A stretch of 64,000 bases of DNA from Candidatus Uhrbacteria bacterium (GCA_037131775.1 JBAXQK010000003.1:12439-76438); one strand, 5' to 3'; shown: positions 47,304 to 56,769, counted from the stretch's first letter. Numbers and translations are program-made. The notes: generated by a model from the letters alone, not told the origin.

Positions 47304-47329
47304 TGTGGATAACTGACGACAGTATACCA
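47304..47329 (-). promoter_or_regulatory. Extended -10 promoter followed by a perfect DnaA box
   Basis: Minus strand TGGTATACT-8 nt-TTATCCACA. Confidence 0.55.
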
Positions 47330-47353
47330 CACGGATTGCTCAGGGACCAGAAC

Positions 47354-48718
47354 TTACCATCGGCGTTCCGCATCGGAAGGGATCGGCGCGTCAGGAATCT
47401 TCTCCGCGGGCGGCACGGCGGCCGAACGGACCTCCGTCACGACGGGCGACGGCGACTGTTCCGTCGGACGAGCCTTCGCCGTCGCCTCCTTTCCATGACG
47501 CCGACGGCGAACGATGACGATCAGAAGGACGAAAAGGAGGATGACGACGGAAAGAACTCCGATTCCCACGTATGAGTTGAGCGTCTTCAACGCCACGGCC
47601 TCGTTGACCGTAAGAACAACATCTTTTGACAGCGTCTTCTTGTTGCCAAACTTCACGTAGGTAGTCAGCGAGTACCGACCTGGATCCTTCGGATCAAGCA
47701 GGAGGGAAAGATTGGAGGATTCCCCCGGTCCGACGGAAACTTCCTCGCCGCGAATCAGGTCGACATACGCCCCGTCCTTGTACAGCTCCCCCATCAGCAG
47801 TCCGCTGATGACGATATCGCCGGTGTTGGAAAAGACCGCGTCGACCGGCACCTTCTCGCCGAGCTCAAACGAATCCTTCTTTGTCGAAACGGACACAAGC
47901 TCTCCGGACTGGGCCATGGTTCCCGGGGCGAACACGTTGAAGTCGAAGGACGTCAGCTCGCCGATCTGCTCCTTCTGCTCATTGAAGAACTTCGTCGTCA
48001 GGGAGTACGTGCCTTCCGGAAGACTCCGGTCGAGTTCGATCCGAACGTTGCCTTCCTTGCCCGGGCCAACGGAATCGAACTTGTCTGATTCCAACGAGTA
48101 GAGGATCTGGTCGGACGGATCGTTCTTGTTCGAGAACGCAAGCTCGGCACGGTACGGCTTCCAGTTGACGTTACCGGTATTCGCGAAGACGTACGTGACA
48201 AACGGATGGAGGTTTGACTCCGTGTCATCGACATGCGACGTCCTGATTTCAAAGGAGACAAGTTCCTTTCCGCTCACGGCAAAGTTTATTTCCAGCGCCA
48301 CCCCGGTAAGGACACCCATTCCCATCTGATCCCCGGTGGCCGCTCCACCCGCACCCACGCGCGAGTTCATGAACGACAGGACGCCCTTGTGGGAACCGGA
48401 CTGGGCAATGCCGGGATCGACCTGAAACGTATAGTCAATTCCGTCCATGCCGCTTGGAATAATGGCGGCCGGCTCAAATCTCAGATATTCCGCGGCGTCT
48501 CCAACGGCCAGGATATTCAGCTTCAGTTCCCCTTCCTGATCCGAACTCCGAAGGAGATGGACGGTGACGTTCTGCGGAATCCCCCGCATGACGTCTGGAA
48601 TTATGACCGACGACGGCGAGAGTCCGAGCGCAAGCGCGGGATGCGCGACCAGCAGGGCCATGGCGCACGCGAACGAAGCCGCGAGACTATTTTTGAGCAA
48701 GGAACGAGTCTTTGGCAT
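47354..48718 (-). CDS. Membrane-anchored multi-Ig protein (DUF916/WxLIP- or PapD-chaperone-like)
   Basis: ALA/LGLSPSS, NTGNV, NTGDI, C-terminal TM + RRRRH. Confidence 0.7.
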   Translation of the reverse strand: MPKTRSLLKNSLAASFACAMALLVAHPALALGLSPSSVIIPDVMRGIPQNVTVHLLRSSDQEGELKLNILAVGDAAEYLRFEPAAIIPSGMDGIDYTFQVDPGIAQSGSHKGVLSFMNSRVGAGGAATGDQMGMGVLTGVALEINFAVSGKELVSFEIRTSHVDDTESNLHPFVTYVFANTGNVNWKPYRAELAFSNKNDPSDQILYSLESDKFDSVGPGKEGNVRIELDRSLPEGTYSLTTKFFNEQKEQIGELTSFDFNVFAPGTMAQSGELVSVSTKKDSFELGEKVPVDAVFSNTGDIVISGLLMGELYKDGAYVDLIRGEEVSVGPGESSNLSLLLDPKDPGRYSLTTYVKFGNKKTLSKDVVLTVNEAVALKTLNSYVGIGVLSVVILLFVLLIVIVRRRRHGKEATAKARPTEQSPSPVVTEVRSAAVPPAEKIPDAPIPSDAERRW

Positions 48719-48720
48719 AG

Positions 48721-49062
48721 CTATTTCGTTAGCACCACGATAAGAATAAGAATCGTCGTAATGAAAATGGCAAGAAGGACGCTTGTCTTGGTTCGGTCGG
48801 CCATCTTTGAATAGTCCGAGTACGACCTTGAGAAGGAACCGTCTTCCCTCCGCGGGTACAGCTTCTCGAACGCCTTCGATTTGTCTTCGAACAAGACGGT
48901 GGAAATCTGACGCGGCTTGTCCGTCATCAAAAACGCATGTGCGATCGTGGAAACAAGAAAGCCGACCGCGAATCCCCAGAACAGTGGGTAATCACCGATC
49001 CGCCTCAGCGTATCCCACGACGCGCCAAGCACGGCGCGCATTCCCAAGAAAAAATTTTGCAT
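48721..49062 (-). CDS. Small membrane protein
   Basis: Two TMs; 2 nt upstream of the 47354-48718 start codon. Confidence 0.65.
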   Translation of the reverse strand: MQNFFLGMRAVLGASWDTLRRIGDYPLFWGFAVGFLVSTIAHAFLMTDKPRQISTVLFEDKSKAFEKLYPRREDGSFSRSYSDYSKMADRTKTSVLLAIFITTILILIVVLTK

Positions 49063-49106
49063 AGCTAGAAAGAAACGTGAGAATAGTATATCATGATTCC
49101 AATACT

Positions 49107-49616
49107 ATGCTGCTCTCTTACCTGTGGAAAACATTTCGGCTCGCATCGTGTGCTGTCCTGATTATCCTGTTCGTGAGAACGTTCGTGATCGAGACGGGAC
49201 GCGTAAACGGCGTCTCCATGGAGAGCACGTATCTGGACAGCCAGACATTTTACATCAATAAATTTGCGCTGCTGCTTTCCACGCCGAAGCGCGGACAGAT
49301 CATTCAGTGCAAGGCTCCGAACGGCGAGTCGCTCCTCATCAAGCGCATCGTCGGGCTTCCGGGAGAAACCGTGCACATTCACGAGAACGAGGTCTCTATC
49401 ACGGACAGCCGGGGAAACCTGATCCGTCTAAACGAGACGTACCTGAAGCCGGGGTCCATCACGCAGACCTGGAACCACGAGCCCGGGGACTACCCGGTCC
49501 TTGGTCCGAACGAGTACTTCGTCATGGGGGACAACCGCCGGGAGAGCGGCGACTCTAGGCACTTCGGCCCCGTCCCGAGAGAAAACATCCTAGGGTTGGT
49601 TATCTCTCCGTTTTAA
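49107..49616 (+). CDS. Signal peptidase I (S26)
   Basis: GVSMEST (Ser), IKRIVGLPGE (Lys), YFVMGDNR..SGDSR.FGPV. Confidence 0.93.
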   Translation: MLLSYLWKTFRLASCAVLIILFVRTFVIETGRVNGVSMESTYLDSQTFYINKFALLLSTPKRGQIIQCKAPNGESLLIKRIVGLPGETVHIHENEVSITDSRGNLIRLNETYLKPGSITQTWNHEPGDYPVLGPNEYFVMGDNRRESGDSRHFGPVPRENILGLVISPF

Positions 49617-50501
49617 CGCACGGCGCCGTCGAAACGTGCCGCCGAACGCGGCCAGGATGACGGCGGCAAGCGCCCCCGACGTCAGCACGACGAGCCGCTT
49701 TCGAAGCGTCGGCTGCAAAACCCAGAATGAGACGTCCTTTGTTACGCCGCCCACGGAAACCTCTGCCGTATATTTTCCCGACGGGAAGGATTCCGACAGG
49801 TCGAAGTCATAGGATTGCACGCTGGCCCCGCCAACGGGAATGTCGTCGGAGAGAAGGTATGTCTGGGCATTCACCGGCACCCCGTCCTTCGACACCACCA
49901 CGTGACTCTCGACCCCTTCGATCGGATTTTGACCCGCATTGACCAGGTCCCACGCCACGTGAAGGCGACGGCCGTTTCGAAGGGACGACTGGGTCACCCG
50001 CGGCACGCGAACGGAAATGTCCTTCATCAGCGTCGGATAATCGACGGCGCTCAGGACCACGTTCGATCCTGGACGATCCTGCACGGACAGGTGCACCTGA
50101 AACATGAGCCCCGCGATCACCTGTTGGCCACTGGCGGCCTGGTCACCGGGTGGGTCGAGGAGAAACTGAATCGTTTCGTCATATTCTCCCACGGGCAGAT
50201 CCAAGGAGCTGACCGTAAAGCGAAACGGGACAAAGTGCTCGCCGTCCGGAATGGTCACGCTCGCTGTACCGCCGATATCGATTGCGGCGGACTTCGTCAG
50301 TTCGGAGACATGAAACACCGACTCCCCCTCGGCATCCTGACGCGAAATCATAATTTCCTCCGTCAGCGTGTCGCCGCGATACACCACCAGGTTCATCTCT
50401 CCCGGAGAGAGGCCGATTGTCTGCGCGGCGGACGATGGCGGGACCAGCACGAACATGCCTAGCAAAACGAGGACGGAGAGGAACGGAAGGCGGAATGTCA
50501 T
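49590..50501 (-). CDS. Membrane-anchored two-Ig protein (chaperone-like)
   Basis: AA/QTIGLSPGE, NAGQN, GKYTAEV, C-terminal TM + RRRR. Confidence 0.68.
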   Translation of the reverse strand: MTFRLPFLSVLVLLGMFVLVPPSSAAQTIGLSPGEMNLVVYRGDTLTEEIMISRQDAEGESVFHVSELTKSAAIDIGGTASVTIPDGEHFVPFRFTVSSLDLPVGEYDETIQFLLDPPGDQAASGQQVIAGLMFQVHLSVQDRPGSNVVLSAVDYPTLMKDISVRVPRVTQSSLRNGRRLHVAWDLVNAGQNPIEGVESHVVVSKDGVPVNAQTYLLSDDIPVGGASVQSYDFDLSESFPSGKYTAEVSVGGVTKDVSFWVLQPTLRKRLVVLTSGALAAVILAAFGGTFRRRRALKRRDNQP

Positions 50502-52123
50502 ACAGGATCAATTTCAGGGTGAACGATCGATTCGTCTTCCTCCTCGTTCTTTCCTCGTGAGAACGCGAGCGCGACGATGGCGATGGCGGCCAGAAAAAAC
50601 GAGAGGACAAGCATCAGGCAGATGGGGAATTTTTTCTTCGTCAGGCACGGGCAGACCGTCATCAGGGACGCCTGTTCCGGTGCGGCAGGAACGCTGGCCG
50701 CGACGAGGAAGCGACCGGAGAGGTCTTCTGTCCGAACCGCGTCCGATACCCGCATCTGTCCGTTTACCGAATCCACGCCACCAAACTCCAGCGAGGTCGT
50801 TGCCTCCCGCTTCGGACGGAACTGGAACGCGGCGACATATCCGCGCGTCCCGGAGAAAGCGACGTCCGACGCGCCAATGAGGCGAATGGAACCGGCGCCC
50901 GCCTTTCCGTATTCCCCTCGGACGTACGGAAAGATGGACCCGAGCGTGCTGACGTCAACGAGATCGAGGACGTCCGTGTCGTACCGGAATGTGACGTCAG
51001 CCGCACGGACGCCGGACGGGCCCGTGTCGGCAAGAAGATAGAACGTCACGAGATCGTCGGGCGTCTTCTCGGCGGCCGCGAGCACGAACTCGTATTTGCC
51101 CAGAGCGCCCCCCTCCTCGAAGTAGAAAGTTTCCTGCTCGGTCGCAAGCGCCGGACCGGGCGTCACGGGAGGAACGGACGGTGCCGCATCCTTCGGGGCG
51201 CCAACGAGCTCGGCGGCCGCCGCGATATCCAGCAGGGTGAACGCGCAATCCGCGTTCAGGTCGCACGTCAGCGCGCAGGTCGCGCCAAGATACTCGCTCA
51301 TGAGAGTCGTGACGTCGGCCGAGCCCTGGATTCCATCGCCGTTCCGGTCGAGCGAAAATCCAGCGTTATCGCATGCCGCTCCGGAGGCAGGCGCTCCTTC
51401 CTGCGATACCGAGCCTGTCGGCCCCGCGGGAGTGACAGTCGGGACAACGACGGGAGCCTGCGATACGGACGGCGTTCCCGTCGTATCCGTGAAACCCGTG
51501 TCACTGCCGAACGATCCGGACGAACCAGTGTCCGCGGGAGTCTGCGCAATGGATCCGCCGGTGCCATCCGTCGTTGTGGTGTTCGTCGACGGGGTCGTGG
51601 GAGTGGTCGTTGGCGTCGACGGGGTCGGTTCCTGCGTGATCCCGCCGCCACCGCCGCCCGTCGGGTTTCCACCTCCGGACCCCCGCGCCCTGACGGAAAA
51701 CCTTACCGTCGCCGTTACGCCGCGTTGAACGGCGTTGCCGGACCCGTCGCCGGAACCGGAAACGTCCGTCAGAAGGAACGCGATGTACTGCCGGTAATCC
51801 CCTGTCTCAATGTCCGCGCCAGGCGAGACGACGAACTTGTATTCCACCGCGTCTTGGTCCGGCCCCATCACGATCGTATTTTCTCCCGTGACGCATCCGC
51901 CGCATTCCCCGTGAAATCCAACCTCGAAGACCAGCGCGCCGACTTCCCCGTCCCCGCGCTGAAGCCCGACCGTCTCGCGGACGGAGGAAGAGGAGGACAG
52001 CGTCCGGGAAACCGTGACCTCCGGCGGGGAGAGGCCGAACGCGAAGGACGGATGCGCAGACGCAAAAAACGAACTGGCGACAAGGAAAATTACGGCGGCT
52101 AACTTTTGATGAAACGGGCGCAT
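50498..52123 (-). CDS. Membrane-anchored Ig + dockerin + cohesin protein
   Basis: SFA/FGLSPP; Gly/Thr/Pro linker; DRNGDG..SAD and DLNADC..LLD (dockerin-like); AADVTFRYDTDVL..GSIF (cohesin-like); TM. Confidence 0.72.
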   Translation of the reverse strand: MRPFHQKLAAVIFLVASSFFASAHPSFAFGLSPPEVTVSRTLSSSSSVRETVGLQRGDGEVGALVFEVGFHGECGGCVTGENTIVMGPDQDAVEYKFVVSPGADIETGDYRQYIAFLLTDVSGSGDGSGNAVQRGVTATVRFSVRARGSGGGNPTGGGGGGITQEPTPSTPTTTPTTPSTNTTTTDGTGGSIAQTPADTGSSGSFGSDTGFTDTTGTPSVSQAPVVVPTVTPAGPTGSVSQEGAPASGAACDNAGFSLDRNGDGIQGSADVTTLMSEYLGATCALTCDLNADCAFTLLDIAAAAELVGAPKDAAPSVPPVTPGPALATEQETFYFEEGGALGKYEFVLAAAEKTPDDLVTFYLLADTGPSGVRAADVTFRYDTDVLDLVDVSTLGSIFPYVRGEYGKAGAGSIRLIGASDVAFSGTRGYVAAFQFRPKREATTSLEFGGVDSVNGQMRVSDAVRTEDLSGRFLVAASVPAAPEQASLMTVCPCLTKKKFPICLMLVLSFFLAAIAIVALAFSRGKNEEEDESIVHPEIDPV

Positions 52124-52139
52124 ATCCGACGCAAGTATA

Positions 52140-52865
52140 TCACATTTTCCTTGCGTCCCTCAGCTTCCTGCGCAAAATCCAGAGATGCTTGAAGTTATCC
52201 CAGGCGGTTGCAAAAATTTTCACCGACGTCTTCCTCCTCGCGTCGCGTCCTTCCTCCCAACGCACGGGAATGTTCGCCACGACGAACCCGCAACGCTCGG
52301 CATGGGCAAGAATCTCCGTGTCGAAAAAGAATCCTTCGTGCGTCCAGAGGGGAAAAAGTACCTGTGCCGCGTCTCGCCGGACCGCCTTGAATCCGCACTG
52401 CAGGTCCTGCGCGGAGATGGAAACCAGGACGCGCGCGATCAGCCGATACACCCGCGAAACGATTCGGCGGGACAGCGACCGTCTCACGACGGAATCGCGA
52501 TGAAACCTGGACCCCGCCGCAACCCCGCGTCGCGTCGCCCCGTCGATAAGCGCGGGGACGTCCCGCAGGTCGGTCGCCAAATCCGCGTCCATGAACGCGT
52601 ACACGTCGGCATCCCGTGACTTCCACGCCTCTCGGATCGCGAGCCCCTTCCCTTTTTGCTGGAGAGGAAACAATCCGACGCGGGAATGGTCGCAGGCGAC
52701 GGACCGGACGATCTCGCACGTCCGGTCAACGGACCCGTTGTCCGCAACCAAAATCATCCAGTCGTAGTCCCTCAGCAAGCCGTCAAACGCAGCGACGGAC
52801 TGACGCAGGCTGTTCTCGATCACCAGCTCCTCGTTGTACGCGGGAATGACCATCAGCACCTTCAT
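52140..52865 (-). CDS. GT2 polyprenyl-phosphate glycosyltransferase (Dol-P-glucose synthase-like)
   Basis: IPAYNEE, DNGSVD, GKGLAI, FMDADL, DLQCGFKA, FFDTE. Confidence 0.9.
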   Translation of the reverse strand: MKVLMVIPAYNEELVIENSLRQSVAAFDGLLRDYDWMILVADNGSVDRTCEIVRSVACDHSRVGLFPLQQKGKGLAIREAWKSRDADVYAFMDADLATDLRDVPALIDGATRRGVAAGSRFHRDSVVRRSLSRRIVSRVYRLIARVLVSISAQDLQCGFKAVRRDAAQVLFPLWTHEGFFFDTEILAHAERCGFVVANIPVRWEEGRDARRKTSVKIFATAWDNFKHLWILRRKLRDARKM

Positions 52866-54430
52866 AGCGTTGAAATTGGAGTGTAAATCTGCGACCACTC
52901 GTCCTCGTACGCCTTTTCATACTGTCCGGACTCCTCCGCGTGAGCGCCGATCGGAGAGGGGTTGCGACGATCGATCAGGATGGCCGACGCGTGAAAGACC
53001 GAGCGGATTTTTTCCACCTCCTTGTCGTCGCCGTTGCACAGCGCATACCAGACGCGATACTTCTCGCTGTCATTCTCATACATGAGACGCGGATCCAGTC
53101 CGACGAGAAGGTACTGTGCGTCATCCAGGTAGAAGTACATCATCGATGAGTCCCATTGCGTATTGAAGACGATCGCGCCAGGCGGGAGGTTCGACCGGAG
53201 CCAGTCCGCGCTTCCGCGGTAACGCGCCTCGGTGAACACGCCGCCCTTCTCAATGGAGTGACTGACGCCACGAATAAAGAGCATCGCCCCAACAGACAGG
53301 CAGGCAATCGCGACGACCGCGTATGATTGCCATCGGAAGCGCGAGGCCGTCCGATTTCCACGGAGATCTTTTTTCAACTGAATGATCCCCTGCCGCAAGT
53401 ACGGCCAGACCATTGACAGGACCGCGCCGGCGGACAGAATGACGAGGGGGACGAAGTACTCCGCATATCGCATCGACCGCAGCGCGAAGACGAAAAAGAA
53501 CGTCGCAAAGAGCGTGAGCGTGAGCGCCGAACGAACGCGAGCCGGCGAGCGGTCGAGGAGCGAGGACGCTTTTGCGGGAAGGAGGAGTGCCGTGCCGACA
53601 AACGCGCAGATGAGGACCGGCATGTTCACAAGCACGAGCAGGATCCAGCTTCCGGCCTTCCACTCTACGCCGGCGGGGATCTCATGCGACCCGTCGATCC
53701 CGATTTTCACGCTGTCCGCGACGCTTGAAAGAACGTTCGTCGGGAAATACGGACTGACGACGAGACCGACCGCAATCCCGACGGCGAGCGCGATGCCCGT
53801 CTTCAGAGCGTCGTACCGCGCAAGGGGATCGTCTTCGCCCGGTCGCGCAATGCGACGCGCGGCAGCATCCGCGATCACGAAACAAAAATACCCCACGAGA
53901 ACGATCGGCCAGCCGTGATAGAGCCAGACAAAGGCCGCCAACGCGACAACCAGCGTCTTGCGGCGAGATGTCAGCATCGCCCAGATGCAGAACAATAGGA
54001 AAACGACGGAAAGGGACGGCGCTCGCGGCATGGATACCCTTTGCAGAAAGTCGAATGAGAACGCGGTGGCAAACGTCAGCCATTCCGGATACGGGGAGCC
54101 GATCGATTTTAAAAATCGATAAATCGCATAGAACGCCAGCAACCCGAATACAACGGCCGATTCCTTCATCCCAACGATCGGGTCGAACAGCGTCACGAAC
54201 GGGATCAGCAAAACGTGATAGAGCAGATGCACGTCCACGTACTGGTCGCGCCAGGTCGTTTCCTGCAGCCATGGAAACGAGTGGATGAACCCATGGTCCC
54301 GTATCGTGAGCGCCATCTTGGCGTGATAAAACGAGTCCGCGTCCGGAAACGACGGCCGCGCATTGATGGCAACGAGCATCACGGCGATCGTGGCAAAGAC
54401 GAATATTGTGGACCAGGAGGGTCGATGCAT
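52862..54430 (-). CDS. GT-C-like multi-TM glycosyltransferase
   Basis: About 12 TM; early DADSFYH loop; EW and RYAEY motifs; soluble C-terminal domain; overlaps the GT2 start. Confidence 0.65.
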   Translation of the reverse strand: MHRPSWSTIFVFATIAVMLVAINARPSFPDADSFYHAKMALTIRDHGFIHSFPWLQETTWRDQYVDVHLLYHVLLIPFVTLFDPIVGMKESAVVFGLLAFYAIYRFLKSIGSPYPEWLTFATAFSFDFLQRVSMPRAPSLSVVFLLFCIWAMLTSRRKTLVVALAAFVWLYHGWPIVLVGYFCFVIADAAARRIARPGEDDPLARYDALKTGIALAVGIAVGLVVSPYFPTNVLSSVADSVKIGIDGSHEIPAGVEWKAGSWILLVLVNMPVLICAFVGTALLLPAKASSLLDRSPARVRSALTLTLFATFFFVFALRSMRYAEYFVPLVILSAGAVLSMVWPYLRQGIIQLKKDLRGNRTASRFRWQSYAVVAIACLSVGAMLFIRGVSHSIEKGGVFTEARYRGSADWLRSNLPPGAIVFNTQWDSSMMYFYLDDAQYLLVGLDPRLMYENDSEKYRVWYALCNGDDKEVEKIRSVFHASAILIDRRNPSPIGAHAEESGQYEKAYEDEWSQIYTPISTL

Positions 54431-54441
54431 ACGGTTTCCTT

Positions 54442-55014
54442 CTATTTGAATTCCCCTTCCAGCACATGCCCGGACGGATCCGGGTTCCCGTCCTTCGGCT
54501 CCCTGGTCACGACGACCCGAACGTACCCGTCATACTTCCCCGCCGCGCTGGCCCATTCGAGCCCCCAGGTTCCGTCCTCGTTTCCGACGAATGACCCGAC
54601 GGAGACAAAATCGTACGGAACCTGACGAACGAGCCATCCCTCGTAGGATTCCTTTTCCGGGTCGATCGGCGGGAAGGACGACGCCTTGATCTTCAAAAGC
54701 ATCTGCCCGTCGACGGTCTCGCGGATCGTCGTCCCCGTCGCGGATCCGCCCGACACGTCGCGCAGCGTCGCCTCGCGGACCGTCCCGGACATGGATACGG
54801 CCAGGTCGGCGGCAGAGACAGCCGTCGGCGACATCACGTTTGCGATCGTGTTCGTGGCGACGACATCCGTCGACGGTTTCGGCCGGAACCGGAACCACCA
54901 GATTCCGCACGCGAACAGCCCCGCGATCGCGACAATGATCAGCGCGATGACGACAACCGTCCCGGTGACGCGCGGGGAACGGCGGCGGGCGTGGAATTGG
55001 GAACGGTATTGCAT
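54442..55014 (-). CDS. Single-TM protein with anti-sigma-K (RskA)-like extracellular domain
   Basis: YEGWLV, VVVTREP..NPDP..HVLEG. Confidence 0.6.
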   Translation of the reverse strand: MQYRSQFHARRRSPRVTGTVVVIALIIVAIAGLFACGIWWFRFRPKPSTDVVATNTIANVMSPTAVSAADLAVSMSGTVREATLRDVSGGSATGTTIRETVDGQMLLKIKASSFPPIDPEKESYEGWLVRQVPYDFVSVGSFVGNEDGTWGLEWASAAGKYDGYVRVVVTREPKDGNPDPSGHVLEGEFK

Positions 55015-55023
55015 AGAAGATGG

Positions 55024-55105
55024 GGATATGAACCTGCGAACTGGCTGCGAACCTACTAAGTCTGAACTGACAACGAAACGTTCGTGGGTTCGCAGGTTCG
55101 TATCC
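55024..55105. repeat. MITE-like inverted repeat (copy 1)
   Basis: GGATATGAACCTGCGAACTGGCTGCGAACCTAC...GGTTCGCAGGTTCGTATCC; same family as 58897-58977. Confidence 0.8.
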
Positions 55106-55109
55106 AATT

Positions 55110-56246
55110 TCAACCCTTCACAGCCTCCGCCACGATCCGCGCGGAATCGACGTCGAACAGCGACGGGAGTATTCGCTCCGCGGTCGGGGTCTCGACGGTC
55201 GCGGCGAGGGCGCGGGCGGCGGCGAGGAACATGGCCGTCGTGAACGCTGGAATCTTGCCCTCGAGGACGCCGAGGAACAGGCCGGGGTACGCGAGCACGT
55301 TGTTCACCTGGTTCGGATAGTCGCTGCGCCCCGTCGCGATCACGGCCGCGCCGCCGGCCTTCGCGACCTCGGGCGTCACCTCGGGGACGGGATTCGCCAT
55401 GGCGAACACGATCGCGCCCGGCGCCATCGAGCGGACCATCTCCTCGGAAACGATTCCCGGCGCGCTGACGCCAAGGAACACGTCCGAGCCAGCCAGCGCA
55501 TCACCGAGCGACCCGAGGCGGCCGTCCGGGTTGATCCGCGCCGCGAGTTCGTCCTTCTGCGCGTTCATCCCCTCGCGTCCGACGGCGATCATCCCCTTCG
55601 AGTCGCACATCGCGACGTTCTTCGCGCCCGCCTCAAGCAGCAGACGAGCCGATGCGACGCCAGCCGCGCCGACGCCCGAGATGACGATTTTCGCCGTCTC
55701 GATCGACTTATCCACAACCCTCAGCGCGTTCAAAACTCCGGCAAGGACGACAACCGCCGTCCCGTGCTGGTCGTCGTGCATCACCGGAATGTCCAGCTCC
55801 GCGGCAAGCCTCTTCTCAATCTCAAAGCATTTCGGCGCCGCGATGTCCTCGAGGTGGATCGCCCCGAATCCCGGCGCGATGTTCTTGATCGTCGCGATAA
55901 TCTCCTCCGTATCCTGCGTCGCGAGACAGATCGGAAACGCGTCCAGCCCGGCGAACCGCTTGAACAGAATCGCCTTCCCTTCCATCACCGGCATCCCGGC
56001 TTCCGGTCCGATGTTGCCAAGGCCGAGGACGGCGGACCCGTCCGTCACGACTGCGACGAAGCGACCCTTGATCGTCAGTTCCCGCGCCAGCGACTTGTCC
56101 GCCGCGATCGCGAGACAAACGGCCGCGACGCCCGGCGTGTACGCCGTCGCAAGGTCGTCGCTCGTTTGCAACGGCACGGTCGAGGCGATCTCAAGCTTGC
56201 CGCGCTTTTCGCGGTGGAGTTTCAGGGAGAGTTCGGAGTAGTTCAT
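55110..56246 (-). CDS. NAD(P)-dependent malic enzyme
   Basis: AYTPGVA, VTDGSAVLGLGNIG, PVMEGK, HDDQHGTA, FAMANPVPE, TGRSDYPNQVNN. Confidence 0.96.
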   Translation of the reverse strand: MNYSELSLKLHREKRGKLEIASTVPLQTSDDLATAYTPGVAAVCLAIAADKSLARELTIKGRFVAVVTDGSAVLGLGNIGPEAGMPVMEGKAILFKRFAGLDAFPICLATQDTEEIIATIKNIAPGFGAIHLEDIAAPKCFEIEKRLAAELDIPVMHDDQHGTAVVVLAGVLNALRVVDKSIETAKIVISGVGAAGVASARLLLEAGAKNVAMCDSKGMIAVGREGMNAQKDELAARINPDGRLGSLGDALAGSDVFLGVSAPGIVSEEMVRSMAPGAIVFAMANPVPEVTPEVAKAGGAAVIATGRSDYPNQVNNVLAYPGLFLGVLEGKIPAFTTAMFLAAARALAATVETPTAERILPSLFDVDSARIVAEAVKG

Positions 56247-56271
56247 AGAATCGGGTCCGTTGGGTTGCCGT

Positions 56272-56769
56272 TTATTGAAGCGTATTTCTGCCCAAGGCAT
56301 CGACGATCATTTTGCGAGCGTCATCGATCCCGCGGATAAGCGGAAGCATCTGATCAAGATCGTGGGCATAGGACCCGGAAAGCTTGAACGAGCTTTCGAA
56401 TACCGACTGCTGTTCCGGCGACAAAAAACGTGAGGAAGCTTCCAACATTTTCGGAACGGTCTCGAGTTCTTTCTTTACGACCTGCGTGCCCTTCGCTACG
56501 TATTCCTTTAGGCTGCTTTCCTTTTTAGTCTCGGAAAGAGTGCCTGGCGGTCGGGCCCGGGACGCAATGTCGCCGATGCTTGACGACGTCTCGGATCCGG
56601 AATCGGCGCTTGCGACGGAAAGAATTTCCTGAAGGCTCTTGATCAGCATGAGCGCGCGTTCGACCCGCAGTGCCTGAGAACGAAACTCGTTCACCTCCGC
56701 GCGTCGTGGAATTCCATCTGCCAGATAGGATTTTGGTTCCAAGGGCTGAAACTGGGCTCGCTCGTTCAT
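56272..56769 (-). CDS. Hypothetical helical protein
   Basis: ORF between pcrA and the malic enzyme gene; no family recognised. Confidence 0.55.
   Translation of the reverse strand: MNERAQFQPLEPKSYLADGIPRRAEVNEFRSQALRVERALMLIKSLQEILSVASADSGSETSSSIGDIASRARPPGTLSETKKESSLKEYVAKGTQVVKKELETVPKMLEASSRFLSPEQQSVFESSFKLSGSYAHDLDQMLPLIRGIDDARKMIVDALGRNTLQ

Noticed and set aside
42723-47312. oriC
   Set aside because: The boxes are isolated, with no cluster, no DUE and no dnaA/dnaN nearby.
55708-55716. Perfect DnaA box
   Set aside because: Inside the malic enzyme CDS (encodes VDK); likely chance.
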